This document shows positions 48,501 to 55,863 of a stretch of 64,000 nt of DNA, piece by piece (the stretch's first letter is position 1; every line of letters begins with the position of its first letter). A model generated the notes under the pieces. The model had not been told where the DNA came from. It searched no databases and saw nothing but the letters and a program-made list of their open reading frames with translations. Source of the stretch: an uncultured Verrucomicrobiota bacterium (GTDB taxonomy: Bacteria; Verrucomicrobiota; Verrucomicrobiia; Limisphaerales; MWDV01); assembly GCA_964548925.1 (NCBI GenBank), contig CAZJTM010000001.1:23826-87825 (forward strand), written 5' to 3'. The position numbers and the translations under genes are program-made.

Positions 48501-51500
48501 GTGGAGGTTGCGAACGCGGCTGATCAAACCTCGGCGGGTGAGTACTTCGGATACGGTTGGCCGGCACTGTTGGGGATTGCGGTGTGGGCCTTTGGCTGGG
48601 TTTCCGTCGAGCAACGCGTGAAGACGGCGAGTTGGCTGCTCGGCTGGACGCTGGCGGCGTGGGCGGCGCTCCGCTGGCCCAATGGTGCGCCGTGGTTCAT
48701 CGCGGTCATCGGCGCGTTCCTCGCGCTGCACGTCGTGCTGCCTGGCTTGCGACGGCTCCTGTCGCTGCCGAAAGAAATGACAGCGAGAATCGGAACCGCG
48801 CCCGCTGCCGCCTCGGTCGCGCTGCTAACTCTGCTTCCCCTCTGCGTTTGTCGCGCCTCTGCGGTTCCACCGGACGGGGCGCCACCGGGTTCAACCGCAG
48901 AGACGCGACAGATGCAGAGGAAAGAGCCGCCAGCCGCGGCGCTCGCCGAGAAGGTTGCGCAGCAGATTCGCGTCGAAGACCAGTTCGCTCTCGCCACCGC
49001 GAAGATTCGCTGGAACGCCGAGAAAGGTCAGACACTGCCGCTGCTCTGCGATCCCGCCGTTTTGACTCACATCAGTCTTCCGGCCAAAGCGCTCAAGCTC
49101 GTGTCCTCGCAGGCCGGCGAACGGCGGGTGCAGGCGTTGCGCGCGGAACGAAGCGGGACATTCGATGTGGAGGTACAATACCAGTTGCCGGTGGCCAAGA
49201 AAGACAACGAGCGCGGCCTCGCGCTGCCGACCCACGCGGGCCTCGTCAACGAACTCGAACTCACGCTCGTCAATCTCGACGTGGACGTGTTCTCGCCGCG
49301 GGCCGTGACCCTCAAGCGCGAGGCGGCGGGCGGCAACACGATTGCGAAGGTGGTGCTCGCACCGGGCGAGACGTGGATCGGCTGGAGACCGCGCAGCCGG
49401 GACGTGAAGAGCGAGAAGCCAGTGTTCTACGCGGAACTGCACCAACTCTACGTGCCCTCGGCGGGAGTGATCGAGGGCGTGCATGTTGCAGCCCTCCGGC
49501 CGGCGCAAGGAGAGTTGGGCGAGTTGGTGTTCGACGTTCCCAAGGGCGCGACGGTGACAGATGTGACCGACACGGCTGACACGGTCGGAAACTCGAAATC
49601 CGAAACTCGAAATGCGAAGTCGGCCGTGGCCCTCTGGCGCTTTGATCCCGACACACGGAAGCTGCGCGTGAATCTGAGCCAGCCGCAGTCGCGTCCGTTC
49701 ACACTCGTGATTCGCTCGCAAGTCGCCACCGGGCCGCTGCCGTTTGAGCAAGCGGTCGGCTTGGTTGCCGTCGAGGGCACGGCGAGTCAGATCGGCTTGC
49801 TGGCCGTGGCGACGGGGAATGAAGTCCAGCTCGACACCGTGGGTGCGGAAGCGTTTTCGCCAATCAACCTGGAAGACTTCCCGGGCGCGGTCGCGCAACG
49901 ACTCGCCCCGCAGATTCCGGGACTCACCGTGCGTCGCGCCTTCCGCTACGCGGACCCGAAGGCCACCGCCGCTGTAAAGGCGTCGCCCGTCGAGCCGGAC
50001 GTGCGCGTCGAGACGCAGGACACCCTCTCGCTGGGCGAAGATCGAATTGTCCTCGCGGCGAACCTGACGGTGGACATCACGCGCGCGGGGATTTTCCGAC
50101 TGAGTTTCGTCCTGCCGGCGGGCCTGGACGTGGAGGCCATCAGCGGGCCGGCGTTGAGCCATTGGACGGAAGCAAACAGCGACGCCACGCGCATCATCAC
50201 ACTCCATCTGCGCGGCAAAACGATCGGGCAACAGACCTTCGCCATCAGCCTCGCCGGGCCGGGGATGAAGACGGCAAACGGTTGGGCGGTGCCCCAACTC
50301 GTCTTGCGCGAGGCAAGCAAGCAGCGGGGCACGCTGCTGGTGGTGCCGGAGCAAGGATTGCGTTTGCAGGTGGCCGCGCGCGACGGCGTCACGCAGCTTG
50401 ACCCGCAGAAGTCCGGCATCCGGCAAAAGGGCGTGCTGGCGTTCCGCGTGTTGCAGACGCCGTGGAAGCTTGCTCTCGATCTCGAACAGGTGGACCCGTG
50501 GATTCAGGTGACGAGCCTGCAACACGCGACGGCGAGCGAGGCGCAGGTGAAGATCACCGCGAATCTGCAATACCAGATCGAGAACACGGGCCTGAAGGCG
50601 TTTCGCGTCTGGCTGCCAGCGAATGCCGAGGGCGTGCGTTTCCAGGGCGAGCAGGTTTCCGATTTCCTGCCGGAGGCCGGCGCGGTCACGAACGGCTTGC
50701 AGTTGTGGGAAGTGAAACTGCACCGCCGCGTGATTGGCCAGTATCTGCTGCAAGCGAGTTACCAGACGCTCCTGCCGGATCAAGCATCGGAGACGACCCT
50801 GCGCGGTGTGCAGGCGGCGGAGGTGAATCTCCAGCGCGGCTTTGTGACAGTGCAGGCGGGCGGGCGATTGGAAGTGAGCGTCGCATCCACGCCCGCCGCG
50901 CTTCAGCCCACCGAGTGGCAGAGCATTCCCCGCGCGCTCCAGCAGGATTGGTCGGCGGTTTCGGCCACTCTCGCCTATCGCCTCGTTGAGCCGGCGTTCC
51001 AACTCCCGCTGAAACTCGGCCGTTACGAAGCCGCCAAACTCCTGCCCGCGCGCGTCCATGGCGTCACGTTCACCTCGGTGATTTCCGACGACGGCGTCAT
51101 GCTTACCCAAGTGCGACTGGAGATGATGCCCGGCGACAAGCGGCTGCTCCATGTGACTTTGCCAAAGGACGCGAAGTTCTGGTTTGCGTTCGTCAATCAG
51201 AACGGCGTCTGGCCCTGGCGCGAACAGGATCGGATTCTGATTCCGTTGGAGCAGCAATCCCGCGGCGGCAAACCGGTGCCCGTCGAGGTGTTCTACAGCA
51301 GCCAGATCGGCAAGTCCGGTTCGAGCGCGCTGGATTTGCAACTCGCCGCGCCGAAGTTCGATCTGCCGCTGGAGAACATCGCATGGCGGGTTTTTCTCAA
51401 CGAGAAATGGCAGCTTGCGAACTGGGCGGGCACCCTTCAGTTGCAGGAGGAGCAAATTGTCCCACGCGCCGCCGCCGTGGACCTGCAAACCTATTTGCAG

Positions 51501-52130
51501 AGCGAAGCCCTCGGGCAGCGCGCGAAGACCCAGGAAGCCGAGGAGATGCTCGCGATGGGAAACACGCTGCTGGAAAAGGGCGATCCGCAGCAGGCCCGCC
51601 GCGCGTTCCAAGCCGCCTACGGCTTGAGCCAGGGCGACGACGCATTCAACGAGGACGCGCGGGTGCAGCTCAACAACCTGAAGCTCCAACAGGCGCTCGT
51701 GGGCTTGAACGTGCGCCAAGCCGCCGCGACGGGCGAGGCAGCGACCCCGGCGGCGAAGCTCCGCGACACCCGGGGCCGCAAGGACGTCGGCTACACACAA
51801 CAGGACGCCAAGGCGATCATTGACCGCAACAGCGCCGAGGAGAACGCCGCCTTCATGCGACTGGCGCAGCGGTTGGTGCAACAACAGGACGCCGCCGTGA
51901 GCAGTCCCGCCGCCCTGCGCGCCGCGATTCCCGAGCACGGCCGTTTGCTCACATTCAAGCGTGCGGTGGTCGTGGACAAGGAAGCGGACCTGCACATTGG
52001 ACTCCAAGCCAGTGCCGTCCGACCCGTCTCGTTGAGCGCGCGGATGCTGATCCTGGCGGGCACAGTGCTGGTGTTGTTTGGGTTTGGGTGGTTGGGGCGA
52101 GGCTTTATACGCGCGAGGGCCTCAGTGTAA
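45570..52130 (+). CDS. Giant (2186 aa) envelope protein of unknown function: signal peptide, two large beta-rich halves separated by a cluster of about 6 TM helices, a C-terminal TPR-like/coiled region and a terminal TM anchor
   Basis: Signal peptide MKTRLAVFLSYLALIARAVAGA. TM cluster at about 48250-48855 (ALVALLAGLALLAVGSIVWRW, FCGVTLGLVALGLSVVAFINL, WPALLGIAVWAFGWVSV, ASWLLGWTLAAWAALRW, PWFIAVIGAFLALHVVLPGL, AASVALLTLLPLCV). TPR-like AEEMLAMGNTLLEKGDPQQARRAFQAAYGL and final TM helix MLILAGTVLVLFGFGWLG. Uninterrupted ORF with consistent codon bias. Confidence 0.85.
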   Translation: MKTRLAVFLSYLALIARAVAGAEPPASTNQQLPAVTLQDFKLVGDLKDDRASFTLTANAKVENSKGGSLELLSGTVALTGVNTNPKWRVRVEQGRFVLTFDRSGTFPIQIKFDAAVRQSDGWSAVDFRIAPSALQPVTLQGLAEDTQFQFVGAARPERKGSDFVSYLPSDGSVKLSWKAARTEAEGKLFYAAEMLSQISVSPGLMRQVALLDGKIMQGEMTRLALLLRGAGEVTRVQGEAVLAWKVENLHTLQSVEAPPPASSERRLIVQFNQPQKAGFALQVQMQTPLDAFPQSVEALQVHPEGATRFAGCYRVVNDGAVRLEVAQASGLSQISPEQFPETDATKAAFRAGGSQRFAYRFSGADHALRIQADQVQPEVGVSQVLAYHLGENEQAIDSEFELDIREAPLRELLLRVPKGYAIARLNASGLSDYFLSEPLTPSLSPSDAERVAEGRVRGDFDQNELRLVFGQPISGRQVVQLRLERNAALGQATWTLPRLEVSQAKSVRGHIAVSAEAGFRLTAERTHALTEIATAFFPRKVAGIQSAFRLSEAAWDATMRVERLPQTVQADALHLFSIGEGIAYGSSLINYVISGAPVALFRVELSEEYPSVEFTGKDIRGYQRTTNGYVVQLHTPVSGAYTLLATYERPFKRQGETLAFTGARPLDAQSEQGHTLVISAYQFDVKRAQVSPNLLPLETGEVPPEYRLFFDAPILAAFRYTSRPFALQLALSPLAQGDSLSQIVDRASLVTRISKEGQVLTDASYLVKSRGNPNFRLTLPAGTELWSATVNGASVVPVKDKDANLIPLPQRADPNAVLKLDLKLAAKSANASRVKVAAPIVNAPVMLAEWKLSPDAGQRLVYRSGSLTPAGGVPDVSGFAGLTRLFTGRHQSEALVALLAGLALLAVGSIVWRWTCQDGVVKFSARYFCGVTLGLVALGLSVVAFINLADLAERQQCYPPNDVTFLAPVQQPNSELSVEVANAADQTSAGEYFGYGWPALLGIAVWAFGWVSVEQRVKTASWLLGWTLAAWAALRWPNGAPWFIAVIGAFLALHVVLPGLRRLLSLPKEMTARIGTAPAAASVALLTLLPLCVCRASAVPPDGAPPGSTAETRQMQRKEPPAAALAEKVAQQIRVEDQFALATAKIRWNAEKGQTLPLLCDPAVLTHISLPAKALKLVSSQAGERRVQALRAERSGTFDVEVQYQLPVAKKDNERGLALPTHAGLVNELELTLVNLDVDVFSPRAVTLKREAAGGNTIAKVVLAPGETWIGWRPRSRDVKSEKPVFYAELHQLYVPSAGVIEGVHVAALRPAQGELGELVFDVPKGATVTDVTDTADTVGNSKSETRNAKSAVALWRFDPDTRKLRVNLSQPQSRPFTLVIRSQVATGPLPFEQAVGLVAVEGTASQIGLLAVATGNEVQLDTVGAEAFSPINLEDFPGAVAQRLAPQIPGLTVRRAFRYADPKATAAVKASPVEPDVRVETQDTLSLGEDRIVLAANLTVDITRAGIFRLSFVLPAGLDVEAISGPALSHWTEANSDATRIITLHLRGKTIGQQTFAISLAGPGMKTANGWAVPQLVLREASKQRGTLLVVPEQGLRLQVAARDGVTQLDPQKSGIRQKGVLAFRVLQTPWKLALDLEQVDPWIQVTSLQHATASEAQVKITANLQYQIENTGLKAFRVWLPANAEGVRFQGEQVSDFLPEAGAVTNGLQLWEVKLHRRVIGQYLLQASYQTLLPDQASETTLRGVQAAEVNLQRGFVTVQAGGRLEVSVASTPAALQPTEWQSIPRALQQDWSAVSATLAYRLVEPAFQLPLKLGRYEAAKLLPARVHGVTFTSVISDDGVMLTQVRLEMMPGDKRLLHVTLPKDAKFWFAFVNQNGVWPWREQDRILIPLEQQSRGGKPVPVEVFYSSQIGKSGSSALDLQLAAPKFDLPLENIAWRVFLNEKWQLANWAGTLQLQEEQIVPRAAAVDLQTYLQSEALGQRAKTQEAEEMLAMGNTLLEKGDPQQARRAFQAAYGLSQGDDAFNEDARVQLNNLKLQQALVGLNVRQAAATGEAATPAAKLRDTRGRKDVGYTQQDAKAIIDRNSAEENAAFMRLAQRLVQQQDAAVSSPAALRAAIPEHGRLLTFKRAVVVDKEADLHIGLQASAVRPVSLSARMLILAGTVLVLFGFGWLGRGFIRARASV
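48839..48920. repeat. Family-E palindromic hairpin element inside the giant CDS
   Basis: cctctgcgtttgtcgcgcctctgcggtt (48839-48866) and aaccgcagagacgcgacagatgcagagg (48893-48920). Translated as ...PLCVCRASAVPPDGAPPGSTAETRQMQRK... Confidence 0.88.
49587..49621. repeat. Heptanucleotide tandem array (5 units, CGAAA(C/T)N type) inside the giant CDS
   Basis: ggaaact|cgaaatc|cgaaact|cgaaatg|cgaagtc. Translated as GNSKSETRNAKS. Confidence 0.85.
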
Positions 52131-52383
52131 GAGAACCCAAGGAACCCCGGCCAGATCACGGCGGACACAGCGGGGCGGAGTGGCTGTGGCCGGCACGCTC
52201 CGAGAATCCGCCGCGATGCGGTCAAACCCATCAAGGCTGACGGTGGCACAATCCAGTGTTGCAGCCTGCATGGTGGCGGGGACACGGGCACACATGAGCG
52301 CCGGGCAAAGTATAGCCTCGCCTCGGCAGCGGCGGGGAGCGATGCTGTGCCGCGTGTTGATGAACCCATTGGCCAAACACACC

Positions 52384-55300
52384 ATGCGCCGACTTCTTCT
52401 GCTGCTTTGCTGGACCTGTGCTCTCTCCCTCCGCGCGGAAAGCCCTCGTGGCTACTACCGCTTCCCAGCCCTGCACGGCGAAACCATAGTTTTCACCGCC
52501 GAAGGCGACCTGTGGTCCGTGCCCGTCAGCGGTGGCAGCGCGCACCGGCTGACGTCGCACCCGGGCGAAGAGTCGCGCGCGGCGATTTCGCCGGACGGCC
52601 AGACGGTCGCCTTTACCGCGGAATACGAAGGGCCGCGGGAAGTTTATTCCATGCCGATCACCGGAGGCTTGCCCACGCGACATACCTTCGACGGCGCCGG
52701 CGCAACCGTCGTGGGCTGGACGCCGGACAAGCGCATCCTCTACGCGACCCGCGCGCATTCCACGCTGCCCAACGAGCAACTCGTGAGGCTGGATCCCATG
52801 ACTGGTCTTCAAGCCCTCCTGCCACTCGCCCAAGCCAGCGACGGTGCGTATGACGACGCAGGCCAGACGCTTTTCTTCACTCGGCTGCCATTTCAAGGCA
52901 GCAGCACCAAGCGCTATCAGGGCGGGACGGTTCAGAATCTGTGGCGGTTCGCGACTGGCGACACGGAGGCAGTCCCCCTGACGGCGGATTTCAAGGGCAC
53001 CAGCAAGAACGCGATGTGGTGGAACGGGCGCGTCTATTTCCTGAGCGACCGCGACGGCGTGATGAACCTCTGGTCCATGACGCCCGACGGCACCGACCTC
53101 AAACAACTCACTCAACACAAGGACTACGAAGTGAAGTCCGCTTCGCTCCAAGCCGGGCGGATCGTGTATCAGCAGGGCGCCGACTTGCGCCTCTATGACA
53201 TCGCCGCCAAGGCGGACAAACTCATTCCAATCACGCTGGTGACCGATTTCGACCAGACCCGCGAGAAGTGGGTAAGCAAACCGCTGGATTACCTCACGGC
53301 GGCTCACCTTTCCCCGAACGGCGACCGCGTGGTGCTCACCGCGCGCGGGCAGGTGTTCGTCGCGCCGGCGGAGCAAGGGCGCTTGGTGGAAATGCCGCGC
53401 AAGGCCGGGGTGCGCTATCGCCACGCCGCCTTTCTGCCCGATGGCAGGTCGCTGTTCGCGTTGTCCGACGAAACCGGCGAACTGGAATTCTGGAAACTCC
53501 CGGCCAATGGCGTCGGCAACCCGGAAGTACTGACTTCCGGCGGGAGCATTTTTCGCTTCGGCGGCCTCGCTTCGCCGGACGGCAAGTGGCTCGCGTGGCA
53601 GGACAAGAACCAACAGCTTTGGGTCTTCAACCTCGGCCAGAAGTCGCCGAAGCTCGTCGCCACCTCAACGATGCGCCAGTTCGGGGACATCGTGTGGTCG
53701 CCCGACAGCCAGTGGCTCGCTTACGTGCAAACCGCGACGAACACTTACAAGCAGATTCATCTCTACCGCCCCGCTGACGCCCAGCGCGGCACGGTGACCA
53801 GCGACCGCGTGGACAGCTTCAGCCCCGCGTGGTCGCCGGATGGCAAGTGGCTCTATTTCCTCTCGGATCGCCACCTGCGCTCGCTGGTTTCCAGCCCGTG
53901 GGGGCCGCGCCAGCCCGAGCCATTTTTCACGGAGACAACGAAGATTTATCACGTGGCGCTCACGCCGGGCTTGCGTTCGCCGTTCCGTCCCAAGGATGAA
54001 CTGGCTGACGCACCGAAGCCGGAAGCAAAGACGAAGAAACCCGCCAAGAAACCGGCAACCAAAGCGCCCAGAGCCGCGGATGCCAAAGAAGCCGCGGTGA
54101 AATCCAGCAAGCCGGCCAGCCCCGAAACCAATCAGACTGCGGTCGTCAAAGTGACCATCGAACTCGCCGGCCTGCCAGGCCGCATCGAGGAAGTGCCCGT
54201 GCCGCCGGGCAATTACGAGGACCTCGCCGTCACAGCGAAGCACGTGTTCTGGACAGCGCAAGACACCGGTTTCGATACCAAACGCCACTTGCAGCAGTTG
54301 GAGATCACCAACACCGAACCGAAAGCCAAGGCGCTGGTCGAGGATATCCGCAGCTACGAACTGTCGCTGGATCGCAAGAAATTCCTGATCCGCAAAGGAG
54401 ACGCCTTTTACGTCATCCCCTCGGATAGCGCCGCGCCCGCGAAGCTGGACGAAAAACAGGTCAAGTTGGGCGGCTGGACTTTCGCCCTGCAACCGCGCGA
54501 GGAATGGCGGCAGATCTTCACCGAGTCCTGGCGCATGATCCGCGATTACTTCTACGACCGGAATCTGCATCACGTGGACTGGCCAGCCATGCGCGCGAAG
54601 TATCTGCCGCTGGTGGATCGCGTGAGCGACCGCGCCGAGCTAAACGAGGTCATCGCCGAGATGGTCGCCGAGCTCTCGACGCTGCACATGTTCGTGCGCT
54701 ACGGCGATCAACGCGCCGGGCCGGACCAGATCAAACCCGCCGCGTTGGGCGCGCGGTTCGTGCGCGACGAGCCGGCCGGCGGCTGGCGCGTCGAGCACGT
54801 TTATCAAAACGACCCTGATTATCCCGAGAGCCTCTCGCCACTCGCCCGCCCCGGGGTGGACGTGAAGAACGGCGACGTGCTGTTGCGCATCAACGGCGTC
54901 GCCACGCTCGGCGTCAGCGACCCGGAGAAACTGCTGCGCGCCCAAGCTGGAAAGCAGGTTCTGCTGGAGGTGAAATCGCCGGGCGAGAAAACGCCGCGCC
55001 AGGTCATCGTCAAACCCATCACCCCCGAGCAGGAAGCCGACCTGCGCTACGATGAATGGGAATACACGCGGCGGCTGGAGGTCGAGAAGCTCGGCCAGGG
55101 CCAGATCGGCTATGTCCATTTGCGGGCGATGGGGGCGGCGAATATCGCGGAGTGGGCGCGCCATTTCTACCCCATTTTCCAGCGGCAGGGCCTGATCATT
55201 GACGTGCGCCACAACCGCGGCGGGAACATTGACAGTTGGATTCTGGGCCGGCTGTTGCGCAAGGCGTGGTTCTACTGGCAGCCACGTGTGGGCGATCCGA

Positions 55301-55707
55301 CCTGGAACATGCAATACGCGTTCCGTGGGCACGCCGTCGTGCTCTGCAACGAGCGCACCGCCAGCGACGGCGAGGCCTTCAGCGAAGGCTTCCGCCGGCT
55401 CGGGCTCGGCAAGGTCATCGGCACGCGCACGTGGGGTGGCGAAATCTGGCTCTCCGCCGACCGCTGGCTCGTGGATAGCGGCATGGCGACCGCCGCCGAA
55501 ATCGGCGTGTACGGCCCCGAGGGCGCGTGGCTGATCGAGGGCCACGGCGTGGACCCGGACCTCGTGGTGGACAACCTCCCGCACGCGACCTTCAAGGGCG
55601 GCGATGCTCAGCTTGAAGCCGCAGTGAAGCACCTGCGGGAACTCATCGCGCAAGACCCACGCCCGGTTCCGCCCACGCCGAAACACCCGGACAAGTCGTT
55701 CAAGTAG
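52384..55707 (+). CDS. Tricorn-like protease (TolB-type beta-propellers + PDZ + S41 peptidase core), secreted
   Basis: Signal peptide MRRLLLLLCWTCALSLRA then YYRFPALHGETIVFTAEGDLWSV. Repeated SPDG motifs (SPDGQTVAF, SPNGDRVVL, SPDGKWLAW, SPDSQWLAY, SPDGKWLYF). S41 core GLIIDVRHNRGGN and VVLCNERTASDGEAF. ATG 52384 is preferred; ATG 52360 is possible. Confidence 0.88.
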   Translation: MRRLLLLLCWTCALSLRAESPRGYYRFPALHGETIVFTAEGDLWSVPVSGGSAHRLTSHPGEESRAAISPDGQTVAFTAEYEGPREVYSMPITGGLPTRHTFDGAGATVVGWTPDKRILYATRAHSTLPNEQLVRLDPMTGLQALLPLAQASDGAYDDAGQTLFFTRLPFQGSSTKRYQGGTVQNLWRFATGDTEAVPLTADFKGTSKNAMWWNGRVYFLSDRDGVMNLWSMTPDGTDLKQLTQHKDYEVKSASLQAGRIVYQQGADLRLYDIAAKADKLIPITLVTDFDQTREKWVSKPLDYLTAAHLSPNGDRVVLTARGQVFVAPAEQGRLVEMPRKAGVRYRHAAFLPDGRSLFALSDETGELEFWKLPANGVGNPEVLTSGGSIFRFGGLASPDGKWLAWQDKNQQLWVFNLGQKSPKLVATSTMRQFGDIVWSPDSQWLAYVQTATNTYKQIHLYRPADAQRGTVTSDRVDSFSPAWSPDGKWLYFLSDRHLRSLVSSPWGPRQPEPFFTETTKIYHVALTPGLRSPFRPKDELADAPKPEAKTKKPAKKPATKAPRAADAKEAAVKSSKPASPETNQTAVVKVTIELAGLPGRIEEVPVPPGNYEDLAVTAKHVFWTAQDTGFDTKRHLQQLEITNTEPKAKALVEDIRSYELSLDRKKFLIRKGDAFYVIPSDSAAPAKLDEKQVKLGGWTFALQPREEWRQIFTESWRMIRDYFYDRNLHHVDWPAMRAKYLPLVDRVSDRAELNEVIAEMVAELSTLHMFVRYGDQRAGPDQIKPAALGARFVRDEPAGGWRVEHVYQNDPDYPESLSPLARPGVDVKNGDVLLRINGVATLGVSDPEKLLRAQAGKQVLLEVKSPGEKTPRQVIVKPITPEQEADLRYDEWEYTRRLEVEKLGQGQIGYVHLRAMGAANIAEWARHFYPIFQRQGLIIDVRHNRGGNIDSWILGRLLRKAWFYWQPRVGDPTWNMQYAFRGHAVVLCNERTASDGEAFSEGFRRLGLGKVIGTRTWGGEIWLSADRWLVDSGMATAAEIGVYGPEGAWLIEGHGVDPDLVVDNLPHATFKGGDAQLEAAVKHLRELIAQDPRPVPPTPKHPDKSFK

Positions 55708-55730
55708 CACCCGGACTGGAAATCCCTGCC

Positions 55731-55804
55731 GTAGTGGCGCCTCGGTAGAGCGCCGCCATCTTCCTCCTCCAAGCGATTGCGGCCCTCTACCGCGACGCCG
55801 CTAC
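55731..55804. repeat. Family-D palindromic hairpin element, intergenic (3' of the tricorn gene, 5' of copA)
   Basis: gtagtggcgcctcggtagagcgccgcca (55731-55758) and tgcggccctctaccgcgacgccgctac (55778-55804). Same arm family as 28418-28505. Confidence 0.85.
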
Positions 55805-55863
55805 GTGGCGAAAGCCCATTCGACTCTGTCCTTGACCGGCTCTAAACTGGCCTCACGAAACCT

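Noticed and set aside
48891-52007. 1038-aa minus-strand ORF
   Set aside because: It is antisense to the giant gene, with Arg/Leu/Gly/Ala-rich low-information sequence. The plus-strand frame has a signal peptide, TM helices and internal repeats.
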